Positions 33,376 through 47,135 are shown, counted from the stretch's first letter. The stretch is DNA of 64,000 nucleotides from Hypanus sabinus (GCF_030144855.1 NC_082714.1:144832001-144896000); one strand, 5' to 3'. Numbers and translations are program-made. The notes: generated by a model not told the origin, from the letters alone.

Positions 33376-35186
33376 AAATAGTTGCAGGACATTCAGAGTA
33401 ACCTTACAGTAGGTCCTGATGGAGCTTCTCAGTCCAATACGTTGTCTCTTTATTCCCTTCCATAGATGCTGCCTGGCTTGTGAGTTCCTCCAGCAGTTTG
33501 TGTGCATGGAATTAGCTATCTGTTGGTAAGTTGAGGATTTCAGCTTTTGGCCACATAGTCATGGAGGTCCTGAACTTCCTCCCATTTGAGTGAATAAGTG
33601 TCAGCCATTCAATGCAGAATTGTTGGCAATACCACCAAAACATATGCTATTGACTGACTGGTCTGGGGAAACAATTATTTATTTAAATTTGATGCGCTGA
33701 ATTGGCAAAGCTTCTTGTGGTGCAAATAGTTAGACAATACCGTAATTAATAAAAATAATTATTACCTCTCGTGTTTGTTATGAATGCTTCCATCACTGGA
33801 TTAGGGGGAGGCACATCTGCAAACCAGATGTTTCTGAGCAGCTTGGCTCTCTAGGGAACTCAATGGACTGAGGCTGAGATGTTTGGCTAGTTCCAAGATC
33901 CTCTGTACTTTCTTTTTGATCAGTTGACTTGCCCGTGAAAGATACTGCAAAATCCAACATACAGTTAGGTGATAACAAGTCTGTCACTTTCTATGAAGTT
34001 AAGCAAAAGACTGAAAGCTGAAGTGGTAGATGTGAAGTGAATCATTCCTGATAATCCAACGGCTGGCATCACAACTACAATTATAGCGGGACTGGCCACT
34101 CGAGATGCAACTCCATGTGGGCAGTGTTTCACCAAGAAAAAGGAAGACACATATTTCCAAAAAAGGAGATGACATTTTGCAATTTAATTTCGGAGAAGAA
34201 ACACTAATAATGAGAAAAACATTCCCATCTTTGTTTTTATTGGCAATTTTTGCACTAAACAAGAACACATATAAAAAGGACCAGAATTAGTTCAGCACTC
34301 TGTCCTTAATTGCCAAAGATACTAATAAATAGATTAGATTTGACAGTAGTATTTCCCTTTTTTGTTAATAACTGGAAAATATCTTATTAAGTGCTCAATT
34401 TAAAGAGGGAAGAAACATTCCATTCTTTATTTTGATTGGCAAATATGTTAATTTGATCCCTACTGGTTGAAATGAGCTGGAGAAAGATGGCATGGGAATG
34501 GCTCATTGGTTGTGGGAAACAAAAGTCACTTTCTCATATAGCTGGGAATAGAAAGTGGTTTAGAGTTTAAAATTATGAATCAGGATAATGATTCTGATGG
34601 TGCAATGATGTAAAATAATGCCCTTTCCCCTCAGTAAATGAGACTTAAGCTGAAACATGAAAGAATGCGTAGAAGTTTCCTTTTAATGCTGCAGATAAAA
34701 AGGAGCTTCACTTGTAGTAGTGATTACATATGTGCTTACATCAAGAAATACAACCAATATCTTCATTTACAATCAGTTAATTAGTACTTTTAAAGGGGCT
34801 GGTAATTAACATCATACAATGAGAGCTGTCAAAAGAAAGCAGCATCCATCATCAAGGACATCCACAATGCCAGCCACGTTCTGTTCCCGCTGCTGTTCTT
34901 GGGAAGGAAGTTACAGACCCTCAGGTCCCACACTACCATTTTCAGGGCCGGTTATTAACCTTCAACCAACAAACTCCTGAACCAGACTAGATAACCTCAC
35001 TCACCTCAACATTTTGAAGATGAAACTAAAGAAATGTGTTTATCACTGATTCGGATTCAAAACAAAAAGCAAAACACTACCTTTCTACATATCCTCTTAC
35101 AAATAAATACAGAATGTTCAAATTGAACTAAAGCAATCTGAGTTTACAGGAAAAGAGAATGTTGTAAACAATAGAAATAAATTATT

Positions 35187-35668
35187 CGCTACTGTGTACA
35201 GGCCTTGGGTATACATGTACATAGCACTTTTGCACAGTGCTGTAATAATTTTATGTATTGCACTGTACTGCTGCCACAAAAAAACAAATTTCATGACCTA
35301 TGTGAGTGATGATACACCTGATATGGGTGTCTATTGTGGACTGAGAGTGGGAAGGGGACAGGGAGAGGGGAATCATGGTTGAGAAAAGGGGAAGGGAGAG
35401 GAGAAGGAATAGAAAGCACCAGAGAGACATTCTATAATGATAAATAAACCAAATGTTTGGAATCAAATAAGCTTGTCTGTTGTCTCAGGGGAAAGTGTCT
35501 GCATTTGTGCCAACCCCCGGCCCTGGTGCTCCAGCCCCCTGTCATTCCCAACATCCTTTGCTCCTGCCAGATTTATAAACTTGCTCTCTGTTCCATGTTA
35601 ATAAATAGAGTACTGTGCAAAAGTCTTAGGTCATATAATGTATTTCCCCAAGATCTGTGCTCCGTACT
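35187..35668 (+). mobile_element. Composite Tc1-type non-autonomous element (copy 3)
   Basis: Degraded left hairpin at 35187-35242; shared body; GAGTACTGTGCAAAAGTCTTAGG right unit. Confidence 0.8.
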
Positions 35669-38600
35669 TCACTCAAAACCAAACATGAAAGCCAACTCAG
35701 CAACCTGTAACTTGCTGCTGAACATAATCGGCTCATACTTTTCTGAATCCTGATTAGAGTGGAAGTGAAGACTACTCTTGATGCTTGGAGCAACATAAGA
35801 GATTCTGCAGATGCTGGGAATCCAGAGTAACACTCACAAAATATCAGTGGGACTCAGCAGATCAAGCAGCGTCTATGGAAAGAAATAAAGTGTTGATGCT
35901 TCACACCAAGACCCTTCATCAGGACTGGCTTACCATTTCAACAAGTTAAATTGAATACCATTGTATCGCTGTCAGTCAACCTTTCTGGCATTATTGCAAG
36001 TATGGAATCATATTTTAGCCATGAAATTGGTGGATATTTATCAAAAATTAATTATCTTTTTCTGTCTCCATTTATTCTCATTCTCTTTGACTCTTCAGGT
36101 CTGCTTTCATTCCTTATCCTTATGTGCCTTTCAGCATCCATATTGACATAGATTTCATCCACTGACTCAAAATTGCTTTCATATCTTGTATTTATACATT
36201 TCACCTTGATTTGCCAGATACATGGTTGCTCTGCTCACTTACTGAGATCCTAAATCTTCTGAAGAGGATGTGGCAGCATTCACATGTCATACAAAATATA
36301 ATCTAGCAAGTCAAATTAAATAACAAAAGACAGTGGTTTGTTGGGTGGGAGGGAATGTGAGGCAGACCAACCTTAGTTGTTAAATTTTCTCTCTTCTAAC
36401 TTCTGGGAGTATATCCAGGAGCTTGAAAGGATGAATGTCCAGAACAGGTTCTTCCCTGTTGCTATTGGACCTCTGAGCTAATTATCCGCTTCAAATACCC
36501 TTCTCAGCGGAGCTGTCATGTTCTTGGGCTCATAGTTCTATTCCAATTGGTTATTCTATCATTGTTACCTAAGCATTCTTATCACATTACTGTGGATCCC
36601 ACTGTTACCTTTGTATCACTCTGTTGCTTTGTGCTTGTGGATGTCTTCATTGTCGTATCTTTTTATCTAATACGTTTGCAGTTTACTCTGAGTTTCACAT
36701 GAGCAAAGAATTTCCTTGCAGTCTGCTATATAGGACAATAATCTAGTTTGAATTTGAGAGAGTAAAAGGCTATCAGAAAAGAATGAGGAAATTCCAGTGG
36801 TCGAGTGAAGAAGAATATTAGGAACAAAGGCCTATGTTTGGAGGAGGGTAGAAATCTCAAAGGGGTATATGGCAGGGAAGAGGGAAAGGTCATGGATTGA
36901 TTAGAACTTAAGGATGAGAATCTAAAAATTTTGTTTTTGCTGCTATCTTGACAGTTTTCTCCTATTCTGTCAGGCATGTCCTATTGAAAACCCAAACTAT
37001 CACATGGCACCTACCAACACAACATGAAGCTGAAGTAAATAAATTGAGAAAATTATGAAAAAATTGTCAGCTTCTTTGGAATTTGCTAAGAGTGCCTCCA
37101 TAAACATGATATAAATTTATCTCCACATTATATATTTCTTTCTATGAACAGATTTTAGTTTTCACTTATAGGTCAGTGCTCTGTCGTAGTTTCTCTGGTT
37201 GCCAGCATTTGTAGTCACAACACTAAATTGTCCTGGAGTTTGTGGGAATAATTCATTGGTGATTTGGGAAATTTGATTCTATAGCTTAACTTTGAAGGAC
37301 AAATTTGATATTGCTTTATAGTAATGACCAATAATGTTAGCTTGCTGAATAATGTAAACATTATTTTTTCTTAAGATGCTGCAGGGTTAGCTCTACATTT
37401 GTACATTACTGCTGAGAGGCTTACCCGTGGACCACATATATCAGGTAATTACCTAGCTGCAATTTCCTCATATTCATGGTTAGGAGGCAAGGCTTCCTAC
37501 CAGTAGTGCACACTAATTTTTTTGGTGAGAAAGCATTTTCAGATTGTGCATGAATGTTGACATTTATAGGCAAGTGTTTTGGTTTCTATACATAGAGGTT
37601 GAAAAGTTCGATGAAAATGACTTTGGCCCTGATTTGAATGCAAAATTATTTTGAGTTGAATCAATTTGTAAAAGTAAGTGAACTAAAATCAATGAAAGGA
37701 AAATATTTTTAAATTTATAGAGCTCTGCAGCCTGGTCTTCATTTACCGCTTACTGTTTTCAGGATTGCAATAAGGTTGGACACACAGAGGTTGACTTTTG
37801 TAGTCCACTGTTCATCCTTAGACATTGCTGCCTCAAGATATTCTTTTCTATATTTTCACAGGAGATCCTAAGTTTATATTCTCTTTTTGATCCTTAAAGG
37901 AAGCAAAGTCTATTTACAAGTGGGTGACATTTTTGACTTACTCTGACTTAGGCAGGAACTATGATCTAAATATCGACCAAGCCTTGGGATCAAGCACAAG
38001 ATATTTCAACAACAGATTCTGCAGATGCTGGAAATCCAGAACATCTGATGCAAAAGTCCTGAGAGACCACAACAGGACACATTGCACACCCAGATCTGCA
38101 GACCTGGAACAAACATTCATGGTGGTGGACATCCAACTCTTCTCTGCTTTGAATTTAGGTTGCATTTTAAAGCCCCATTGTTCCTAAAGTTTCTTTTTTG
38201 GTTTCTGTGAAATCCAAAATGCAAAATTGAAGGGGGCATTTATGAAGCAAAATAGTTCACATTTTGGAGATATGAAAATAATGTAAAAACTCAGAACCTG
38301 AATTAATATTTATCTTCTGCCTGAACTTGGAGGAGATCACTGTCCAGTTTGCATTTCAATTGTGGTATTTAGTGATAGTGGAAGGTGCTGATTAACCTTA
38401 AATGGTAGCTGCAGTGTTTGATTATAAGCAGGGATTATCTGCATTTGGTGGTTTACTGGCTAACTAGTTGGACCTGAAAGATCTTCTCTAAACCCAGCAC
38501 ATACCAGCCGGAGGAGAGTGTCAAACAATGATCCTCGTGCAGGAGAACAAAACTGCAGATAGCAGCACTCAGATATCCATGCTAAACTCTAGGGTGTATT

Positions 38601-39679
38601 TCAGGGGGGCATGACAACCCTCCTTTGCTCAATTGTTGTAGATCCTTGTCTGGTGAAACTCAGACTGAATTCTTCTGTTTATTGTGAGTGATTTCTGTTC
38701 TTCAGGATTCTGTATAGTTCTCCTGAGTTCTTGTTACTTTTGCTGGTTAACTTCCGTAATAAGTCTTTTGTTTCGTTTGAGTTACTGAAGTTTCTGTGAT
38801 TCCTGCACTTGAGTTTGCTAGGGATCCTTACAGCTACCGAGATGCACAGAAGTTGCCGATAGATTTGCACTATCACGACTTTGAGTGCTGATAGTTCTAT
38901 TTTGTTTCTCATTGCAGATTCTGGACAAACATGTTCACTTATATAATAACCATACTGAAAATTGCTGTTAAAAAAGTCAGTTTGTCAGATGGCAAAGGAA
39001 GTCTAAACCAGGCAGCTCGTCAATGTACATAGACAGAGTAATCGTCTTGGGGCCCATAGGAGCGGTCAAGAATGGCTCATATTACATTCTATTCTTATTT
39101 TTACTAAAAGTGGCTATAACAGCTGGTGGTAGTTTAACACCTCAGCCAAGCAGTGACAATAATGAGAATACAGGCTTAATAATGAGAGACTTCAGATGCC
39201 AAAATCTGGAGCAAAACAAAATGCTGGATGAACTCAGCATCTGTGGTCAATGCTCAGGTCAGGACCTTGCATTAGGCTTGACACTGTTGCTCCTTGAGCT
39301 GCTGATAGTAGTTGTGTGCAGTATTTTATTGCGACTTACCAACACCAACCTGTCAATAGTTTGTCACTTTTTCTACTATAGGTATAGTTTATTTCTATTG
39401 TGCTCTTTAGAGGATAGCAACATTGAATTAATGCAGAGACAAAGTAATATTAGTAATTAATGCTCAGGTGCAAATTTGTTTCTTCTTCCATTGTACATCA
39501 AAGAGCATGCATTGTTTATTCATGGCATTAATTTAGTAACCTTTGTGAGCCATTTTTCTCTCATTTTATTAGTATTTTCAATGTTTGGCATGTACTCTCA
39601 ATGGCATCTGTCACTGAAATTTAAAATAGGCATTAACAGCCATATAGTAAATAAGCAGAGGAATGTTTGGAATAATTTA

Positions 39680-40275
39680 ATGCAGTATTCTGAGGACTAG
39701 AATATAAAGGCAAGGTTGCAATGCTGAGGCTTTATAATGCTTTGGTCAGACCGTACTCAGAAAGGATGTGTTGACATGGAGAGGGTCTAGATGAAGTTCA
39801 CGAGGATGATCCCAGGAATGAAAGTGGTAATGTATGAGGAGAGTATCAAGGCTCTGGACCTGTACTTGCTGGAGTGTAGAGAATGAGGGAGATCTCATTG
39901 AATCCTATTGAATATTGAAAGGCCTAGATAGGGTGAATATGATGTTTCCTATTGTGGGGAAGTCTAGGACTAGAGGCACTGCCTCAGAATAGATGTATGT
40001 CTCTTTTGAACTGAGATGAGGGGGAATTTCTTATGCCAGAAGGTGGTGAATATGTTGAATTCATTGACACAGATGGCTGTGGAGACCAAGTTTTGGGTAT
40101 ATTTAAATCAGAGCTTGAAAGGTTCTTGATTAGTAAGGGTTTCAAAGCTAATGGGGAAAAAGGCAGAAAAATGAGAGGGATAATAAATCAGGCATGATGT
40201 AATGGCAGAGAAGTCTCAATGGGAAGAATGGCCTAATTCAGTTTCTATGTCTTATAATTTTATGGACCTATGGCT
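39680..40275 (+). mobile_element. CR1 LINE 3' end
   Basis: GATCTCATTGAATCCTAT, GGACTAGAGGCACTGCCTCAGAATAG, ATGGCCTAATTC tail. Confidence 0.8.
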
Positions 40276-42189
40276 TAATGTTAGATCTAGTTAATTGACC
40301 AGGACTGTTTGATCTTTAGTTTTACAATATAAGTATCAGGGAAGTTAGGCTTGTACATTTGAAGATATGAGTTATATACCATGTTTAATGTGAGAAAATA
40401 AAATTAAGATGCTTCGTGTGAGAAGATAATTCTTATTCCAAGATGTAGGTGTTGATGTTGAATGAGAACAAGGAATTTGTAACATATGGCTGTGGGAGTT
40501 CTGAAGAGTAACGTGATGAGAAAAGACTGTTGCTGATGGAAGAATTGGCCTTGGTGTTGACATATAGTATCATGCAACTTCAATAAGTATACCTTAGGAG
40601 TAAAAGAGTGGAAGACAACCATAGAGCAGTTCTAATTCTGAAGATGATTGGTGACAGGTGAGCAGATAGTAGGAAGTAGTATATAAAGTGATCTGGGAGG
40701 CAAGTGCATATTAACTTTGCTCTGGATGCTGAAGGTGCTGTTGGGAAAATTATATCATGGGAAAATCATGTATGAAAACATGAACAAGAGTTTCAACTGA
40801 AGTGGGATGGAGGAAGAGGAAGTTGTATACAAAATACTCCCTTCTGTCCCAATTCTCTTTACACAGTGGGATATCTAATATTTTAAAGTCTATTGATAGG
40901 TGCGAAGGTCATTATTTTAAAAACATATATCTCTTTCAATATTTTAAGTGCCTATAAAGTTACATGCTGGGGTTTATGTCCCCAAAATTGACTTCCTGTA
41001 ATTACTTCCATTTTAACTTAAAGCATTCTAATCAAGTACAATGTTAGGCTTCTCTTTGGAAATAACCAAAACCATATATGGTAAAACTATTCAATAATGT
41101 GTTCAGCCTGTTTTAGGTCTTCTGTGTTTTATTAACACTTCCCAATACTCCACATTTGTGCTGTAATAGAATGCATTTGTCATGGGATAATGGTTGCCAT
41201 ATCAAAATATTATTGTAAAGTTAGTTTCAATGCATCAAAAGTCCTCTAAATTAGCACTAACCATACTGTGAATCTGAACTATTCATTACATGAAGAGTTT
41301 GCTTTTCCAGGAGTTCATGTCCAATTATTGTAGTAAAATTTCTGTTTGATTTTATGCAATTTTCAATATGAGATTTGCTTCTGTAATTTGAGATTTGTTT
41401 TTCTTTTCTACAACTTTAGTATACATTAATGCATTTCAAACAGGAAGATCACTTTATTTTCATTTCTACATTTTTCTTTGCAAAAATTAGAGAGGGAAAG
41501 AACTATCAGCCAAAAATCCAGAAGAGATGGAGTTCAAAATCAACACAATGATACTCATTACTTCTGGAGAATGAATTTATATTGATCTATGGGATTGTAG
41601 AAGATGTTGATTAAATCCAGGTTATGCTTAACATTTTTAAATAAATTCCAGTACTTTCAGTGGAGAGCAGTTCTTCCAACATAGTTTGATATTTAAATGT
41701 CACATTGTTGAGATCCTTAGAAGAGATTTTAGCAGTCAACTGATAGTGATACAATAGGAGAATATTTAATAACATTCTGCTGTCTGTCATTAAAATATGT
41801 TAATTAATGTAAATTATGCTGTAGAAAGTGAAAAATTATTTGAGTGCATTGAATGCAAAAATATTGCCAAGAATATGTTTAGCTGTATTAAAAATGCTTG
41901 ATTAATCATCAGATTTAAGAATTGGAATATTGCTATAAAAACAACAATGGACAAAGTATTCTTATTCAGAACATCAGAAATGTTTATTGACTTAGCATTG
42001 GTTTATTAAATTTAAATCATGAGTGACTATCTCAGAAAAATTGCCTCAACTTTCTGCCTTTTTCTACATTACTTTTTGGCATAAATCATTGCCAATTATC
42101 TTGCAGATTGCTCATCCATTCCAAAATGGTTTTGGGTTTATCAAGATGTGAAATAAATGATGCAATATAACAATGCATAACATTATGAA

Positions 42190-42422
42190 ATGAGATTCTG
42201 CAGATGCTGGAAATCCAGAGCAACACATGCAAAACGCTGGAGGAATTCAGCAGGTCAGGCAGCACCTATGGAAATGAAGAAGAAGGGGATTCTTTGGGCC
42301 AAGACCCTTCGCCAGGACTGGAAAGGAAGGGGGTAAGACCCAAAACTTTGGCCTGGACCATCATCTGCTCATTCCTTTCCATAGATGCTGCCTGACTTGC
42401 TGAGCTCCTCCAGCATTTTGTA
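42190..42422. mobile_element. Penelope-derived inverted-repeat element
   Basis: AAAACGCTGGAGGAATTCAGCAGGTCAGGCAGC ... GCTGCCTGACTTGCTGAGCTCCTCCAGCATTTT. Confidence 0.8.
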
Positions 42423-42619
42423 TGAATTAACATCTTAGTTTTGATATGACCCCAATTAACTAGACTCCAAATGCTAATGGTATTACACTGTCTATGATGT
42501 AACTGGAAAGATCACAAAATAAACCTTGTGTAACAGAATTCGGATATTAACTTTTGATATTGTGGACATTTGGTTTCCATTTTATGTTTGTACTTAACCT
42601 AATGTTTAGGCTAGTGCTT

Positions 42620-43563
42620 AAACATCATATCAGATCAGACAGTGACACCACTGTGGTTGGTCGAATCAATGGTGGTGACAAATCACCATATGGATGGGGG
42701 CGGTGGGGTGAGATTGAAGATTTGGCTAAATGGTGCCACAACGACAACCTCTCACTTAATGTCAGCAAAACCAAAACGCTGGAGAAGAAAACCAAAGGTT
42801 AGTGATCCAATTCTCATCAGGGGATCAGAGCTGGAGTGCATCAGCAACATTAAATTCTGTGGCATTATCATTTCACAGAATCTTCCTGGGTCTGGCATGT
42901 AAGTGCCATTACAAAGATTATTGACTATCTTTCTTGTATGTTTGCAAAGATTCGGCATGTCATCTAAAATTTTGACAAACTTCTGTTGATGTGCGGTGTA
43001 GATATACTGACTGGCTGCATCATGGCCTGGTACAGGACCTCCAATGCCATTGAATAGAAAAGCCTCCAAAAAGTACAGCCCAGTCCATCAAATTTAAAAG
43101 GAGCACTATTGCAGGAAAGCGGCATCTATCATCAAGGACCCCTCCATCTGAGCCATGCTCTCTTCTCGTTGCTGCCATCAGAAAAGAGGTACAGAAATCT
43201 CAAGTCCCACACTAACAGTTATTACCACACAACCATCAGGCTCTTGGACCACAGGTGATGACTTTATTCACTCTACCACTCAGCTGATTTCACAATCTAT
43301 GGACTCAGTTTTAAGGATTCTACATCTCATGTTCTCAATATTTATTGCTTATTTATTTATAACTATTACTGTTTTATTCTGTATTTGCACAGTTTGTCGT
43401 CTTTTGCACATTGTTTGTCCGTTTTTGTTGTGTGTTGTTTCTCATTGATTCTATTGTGTTTCTTTGTATTTACTATGAATGCCTGCAAGAAGATTAATCT
43501 CAGGGTAGTACAGTATATGGTGACACATGTGTACTTTGATAATAAATTTACTTTGAACTTGAA
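42620..43563 (+). mobile_element. Rex1/Babar LINE 3' portion
   Basis: DTTVVGRI, WCHNDNLSLNVSKTK; GATAATAAATTTACTTTGAACTTGAA tail. Confidence 0.8.
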
Positions 43564-43971
43564 GTTTGGCACTAAAGCCTCCAGTTTCAGTCCCTGGATT
43601 GCTGATTACAGAAGGAATACAAATCTAGTTCCCTGCTATTTGGTGTCAGAAGGAGAGAATCAGTAAGTGAATGAAGTCTTTTCTTTATTTACAGGACATG
43701 GACATTCCTGAAGATGGTCTGATTTTCTGCCTGTCATTACTTGGTATGGAGAAGATGGTAACAAGCTCCCTACCTGAACTGCTGGTTTATTTTTGTTGTA
43801 GGTTTTCCTATTTTACTATTGAATAGGGAGTTCTTGGAGGGAAACCCAGCAGCAATAAGGGATCAGGGATATATTCCCAATTCAGGTGACTGAGAGGAAC
43901 AGTATGTATATGCACCCAAGCCCTCGCCCTCCTTTGGAGCAGAGGTCACAGGTTCTAAGTGCAAAATTATG

Positions 43972-44118
43972 GGTTGTATGTAAAATGCATTAGTTGCAAA
44001 CATCATCACGCGATACATGGGCACTCCGCTTAAAGTAAATCTGTAGTTAGACTCATATTTCAGACCCCTGTGTCTTCATTTCAATTAGTTTAATGTTTTC
44101 AAGTTTCCAAACATAACA
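43972..44118 (+). mobile_element. Partial solo LTR (family 2) inserted in an old LINE remnant (43690-44250)
   Basis: CTTAAAGTAAA...TAGACTCATATTT...CCTGTGTCTTC...CATAACA shared with 6140-6237. Confidence 0.65.
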
Positions 44119-44668
44119 GCACACTCTGTCATTTGCTCAACTATAGACAGGGAATGATCCAGTGACAGCTTAGTGGATTGCTTTTGGATATCATGTTTCT
44201 TGTGTACTGTTGGATGTCCAGTATCTCATCCAGCCAACAACGTTCATGTGATCATTTGGAAAAACTCGTACATTGACGGGCGTAAGCTTGCTTATGTCTC
44301 CAAAGTTTAACTGTCTCACAAATACTATTATAGTCAAGCTTAATTTCACACAGAGGCTGGCAGATTTGCTTGGCTGATCAAGAAATGTTTTGTGTCCTCT
44401 TTTGTACATTATGATATTTAACTATAGAATTCTGACTTAAATTTGTTATCGGGGCATCTGGCTTATATCAAAGTTCAAAGCACATTATTTATCAAAGTAT
44501 GTCTGCATTGTATAAACTTGAAATTTGTCTCCTGACAGGCAGCCACAAAACTAAGAAACTTAAAAAGAACCCCCAAAAAAGACCATCAAATACCCAATGT
44601 GCAGAGAGAAAAAAGAACAAATCATGCAAACAATAAAAGTAGGCAAATAGCATTCTGATCAAAAGTGA

Positions 44669-44896
44669 ATTTCATTTTGTTTCATTTCATTTCATTTCAT
44701 TTCGCATTTCCCCCTCCCCCCCCCCACTACTTTCAAATCTCTTACTATCTTTCTTTTCAGTTAGTCCTGACGAAGGGTCTCGGCCCAAAACGTCGACAGT
44801 GCTTCTCCTTATAGATGCTGCCTGGCCTGGTGTGTTCCACCAGCATTTTGTGTGTGTTGTTTGAATTTCCAGCATCTGCAGATTTCCTCGTGTTTG
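44669..44896 (+). mobile_element. Young Penelope-end insertion with 14-bp TSD
   Basis: CTGA(T/A)CAAAAGTGA at 44655-44668 and 44897-44910; (TTCAT)n at the 5' junction; PLE end CCAGCATCTGCAGATTTCCTCGTGTTTG. Confidence 0.85.
44764..44797 (+). ncRNA. Minimal type I hammerhead ribozyme motif (G12>A, probably inactive)
   Basis: GUC-CUGACGA-A-GGG(UCUCGG)CCC-[A]AAA-CG-UC-GAC: core, stem II, short palindromic stem III and stem I. Confidence 0.7.
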
Positions 44897-46424
44897 CTGA
44901 ACAAAAGTGAGTCCACAGACCTGAAGCCTAGAGCAGACGGAGCAGGCCACAACCTCAGTTCAATGCAGAGCCAAGTAAACATGGCAGAGCAGCGATCAGA
45001 ACCAGCCCAACCCTTGCCTTTGGTCCCGACACTCTGTCCTTTCAATCTGGCCTGGCATTTAAATCGTCAAACATTGGGTCGTTCCTTGTTCGCCCATCCT
45101 ATCACTTCAAATCGCTCTGGGCCTGGATCCCACCGCCACATTTTGGCCTGTACCTGACCTTTCCAAATCATCCTGATCTTAGATCGATCAAACCTCGGGT
45201 TGTCCTCGCTCTTGGTTTTGGTGGATGGGCCTTGGCTCCGCTTGCCTTTGCATTGTTTGCGGTGATTGCATAGTTGAACTTGTTCATTTGCAAAAGACTT
45301 TGAAAGGGATTGCATCATTAACTGCACGATGAATAACATATCCTCAGCCAACCCCATTTAAACTTCTACATATATTTCATTCTTTTCACTCACTGCAGGA
45401 TCATCAAGGCATCAAAGAGCCAGCAAATGGATTTACTGTTGGCAATTATTTATTGCTGTGTTCTTTTTTTAACTGAATCTTCGATCTTGTTTTAAAATTT
45501 TGTTTATGGCACTCAGGGTCGAGCCCAAGCTCGGCTGAAAAATCATACGGCACGGAAGTAGGATTAAATGGAGAACGTTTCATAACGTTTAATTGGACAG
45601 AAAAGTGGCTTTAACAATGAGCAGACATTCTTACTGCTGGTACTCCTGACTCAGTCTCATAGGTTGTCAAACTACAGTGACTTGGCCAAGCAACATATAC
45701 GCCTGCCACCAATCCTGTCCATCATGGGGAGCAAGAAGAATGACTTGGCTAGCAGGCAGCTAATTCTACTGCCAACATTATATTTTCTATTTCACTTACT
45801 GTAAGAGAATGTAGCTTGGCCAATTATAAAGATCCCTTGCTCAAGGTCCAATCCACTCATAAGCGGACAGACTTTTGAATGTTCAAATGGCGTAGCCGTC
45901 CTTTGCCAGTGTGGTCAGTCACAGGCTTGCTGTAATTAGCAATTCACCTTCAGTTAGGCAACCCAAAGTGAGAGCAGCAAGAGATTGACAAATAGGCATG
46001 CTAGAATGAGGAAGGTATCCATAGTTAGTGACTCCAGTCCACTTCCAGAGATTCTTATTACAAAGAGCATGCAAATGTGAACTGATTAGAAGCGGCTTTC
46101 ATAAACTATCCTTAATTCATTCACCTACCAACACTATTTCAATGTGATATTAGAATAATGTCTGATAGAATCAAAAATGGTTTCTGTAGATTTGAGGTGG
46201 GAAAATATGTTCCCAACATCTAAGGAAGATTTCAAGTTCAAATTAAATTTATAATCGAAGTACATACAGTATATACTACTTTGAGATTCATTTTCTTGCA
46301 GGCATTTACAGGAAAAACGAATATAATAGAAATTTGTGAAAAACAGATAAAGACTGATAAACAGCAATGGCAAAAGAAGACAAACTGTGTAAATAAAAAT
46401 AATTCTGAGAGCATGAGTTGTAAG

Positions 46425-46665
46425 GGCAGCACAACAATTTACAGTACCAACGGCCTGGGTTCAATTCCGTAAGGGATTTGTACATTCTCCCCATGACCGA
46501 ATGGGTTTCCTCTGGGTGTTCCAATCTCCTCCCACGTTCCAAAGATGTACCGATTGATAGGTTAATTGGTCATTGTAAATTGTCCTGTGATTAGGCTAGG
46601 GCTAAATTCAGGGTGACCTGGCTCAAAGGGCCTATTCTGTGATGGATCACCATAAAATAAATAAA
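46425..46665 (+). mobile_element. V-SINE inserted in a reverse Rex tail (46230-46800)
   Basis: CCTGGGTTCAATTCC; TTTGTACATTCTCCCCATGACC; (AAAT)n tail. Confidence 0.8.
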
Positions 46666-47135
46666 TGATTCCTTGCAAGTGGGTTTGCAGGTTTTCGAAT
46701 CTATTTAGTGTACTGGTGAATGAAGTTATCCATGTCAGTCCAGGAGCTTGATGGGTGCAGGCTAATAACTATTCCTGAATCTGGTGGTGTAGGATCTAAG
46801 GCTTCAGAAGACAAAAGAACTACAGTATGTAATTCAGAGATCACTAAGTGGGAAAATGCAGGAATCTATAATAAAATATCTGATAGCAAGATTGAAAATA
46901 ATATTATTAACCAATATCAACATAGATTTATGAGAGACAAGTTAAGTTTGAATAATCTACTGCAGTTCTTAATGGATGTAGCTGGTAAAGTAGCTGATTG
47001 GCACCTGGAAGATTGGCATATTTGGTATTTTTGAAGATTTTTGTTAAGTTCTGATGCAAGAGTTAGTCAGCAAAGTTTGAGATCATGGAATTGTGAATAA
47101 CCTGATTGTATGGATTGAGAAGGAGTTAAAAAGTA

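Larger units (their letters stand above)
44468..45360 (-). mobile_element. Non-autonomous Rex-tailed element carrying a Penelope insertion
   Basis: Same tail as 16673-16955; interrupted at 44669-44896. Confidence 0.6.

Noticed and set aside
39023-39460. 145-aa hydrophobic ORF
   Set aside because: Runs through a Penelope-end fragment (~39190-39300); no recognisable domain or splice context
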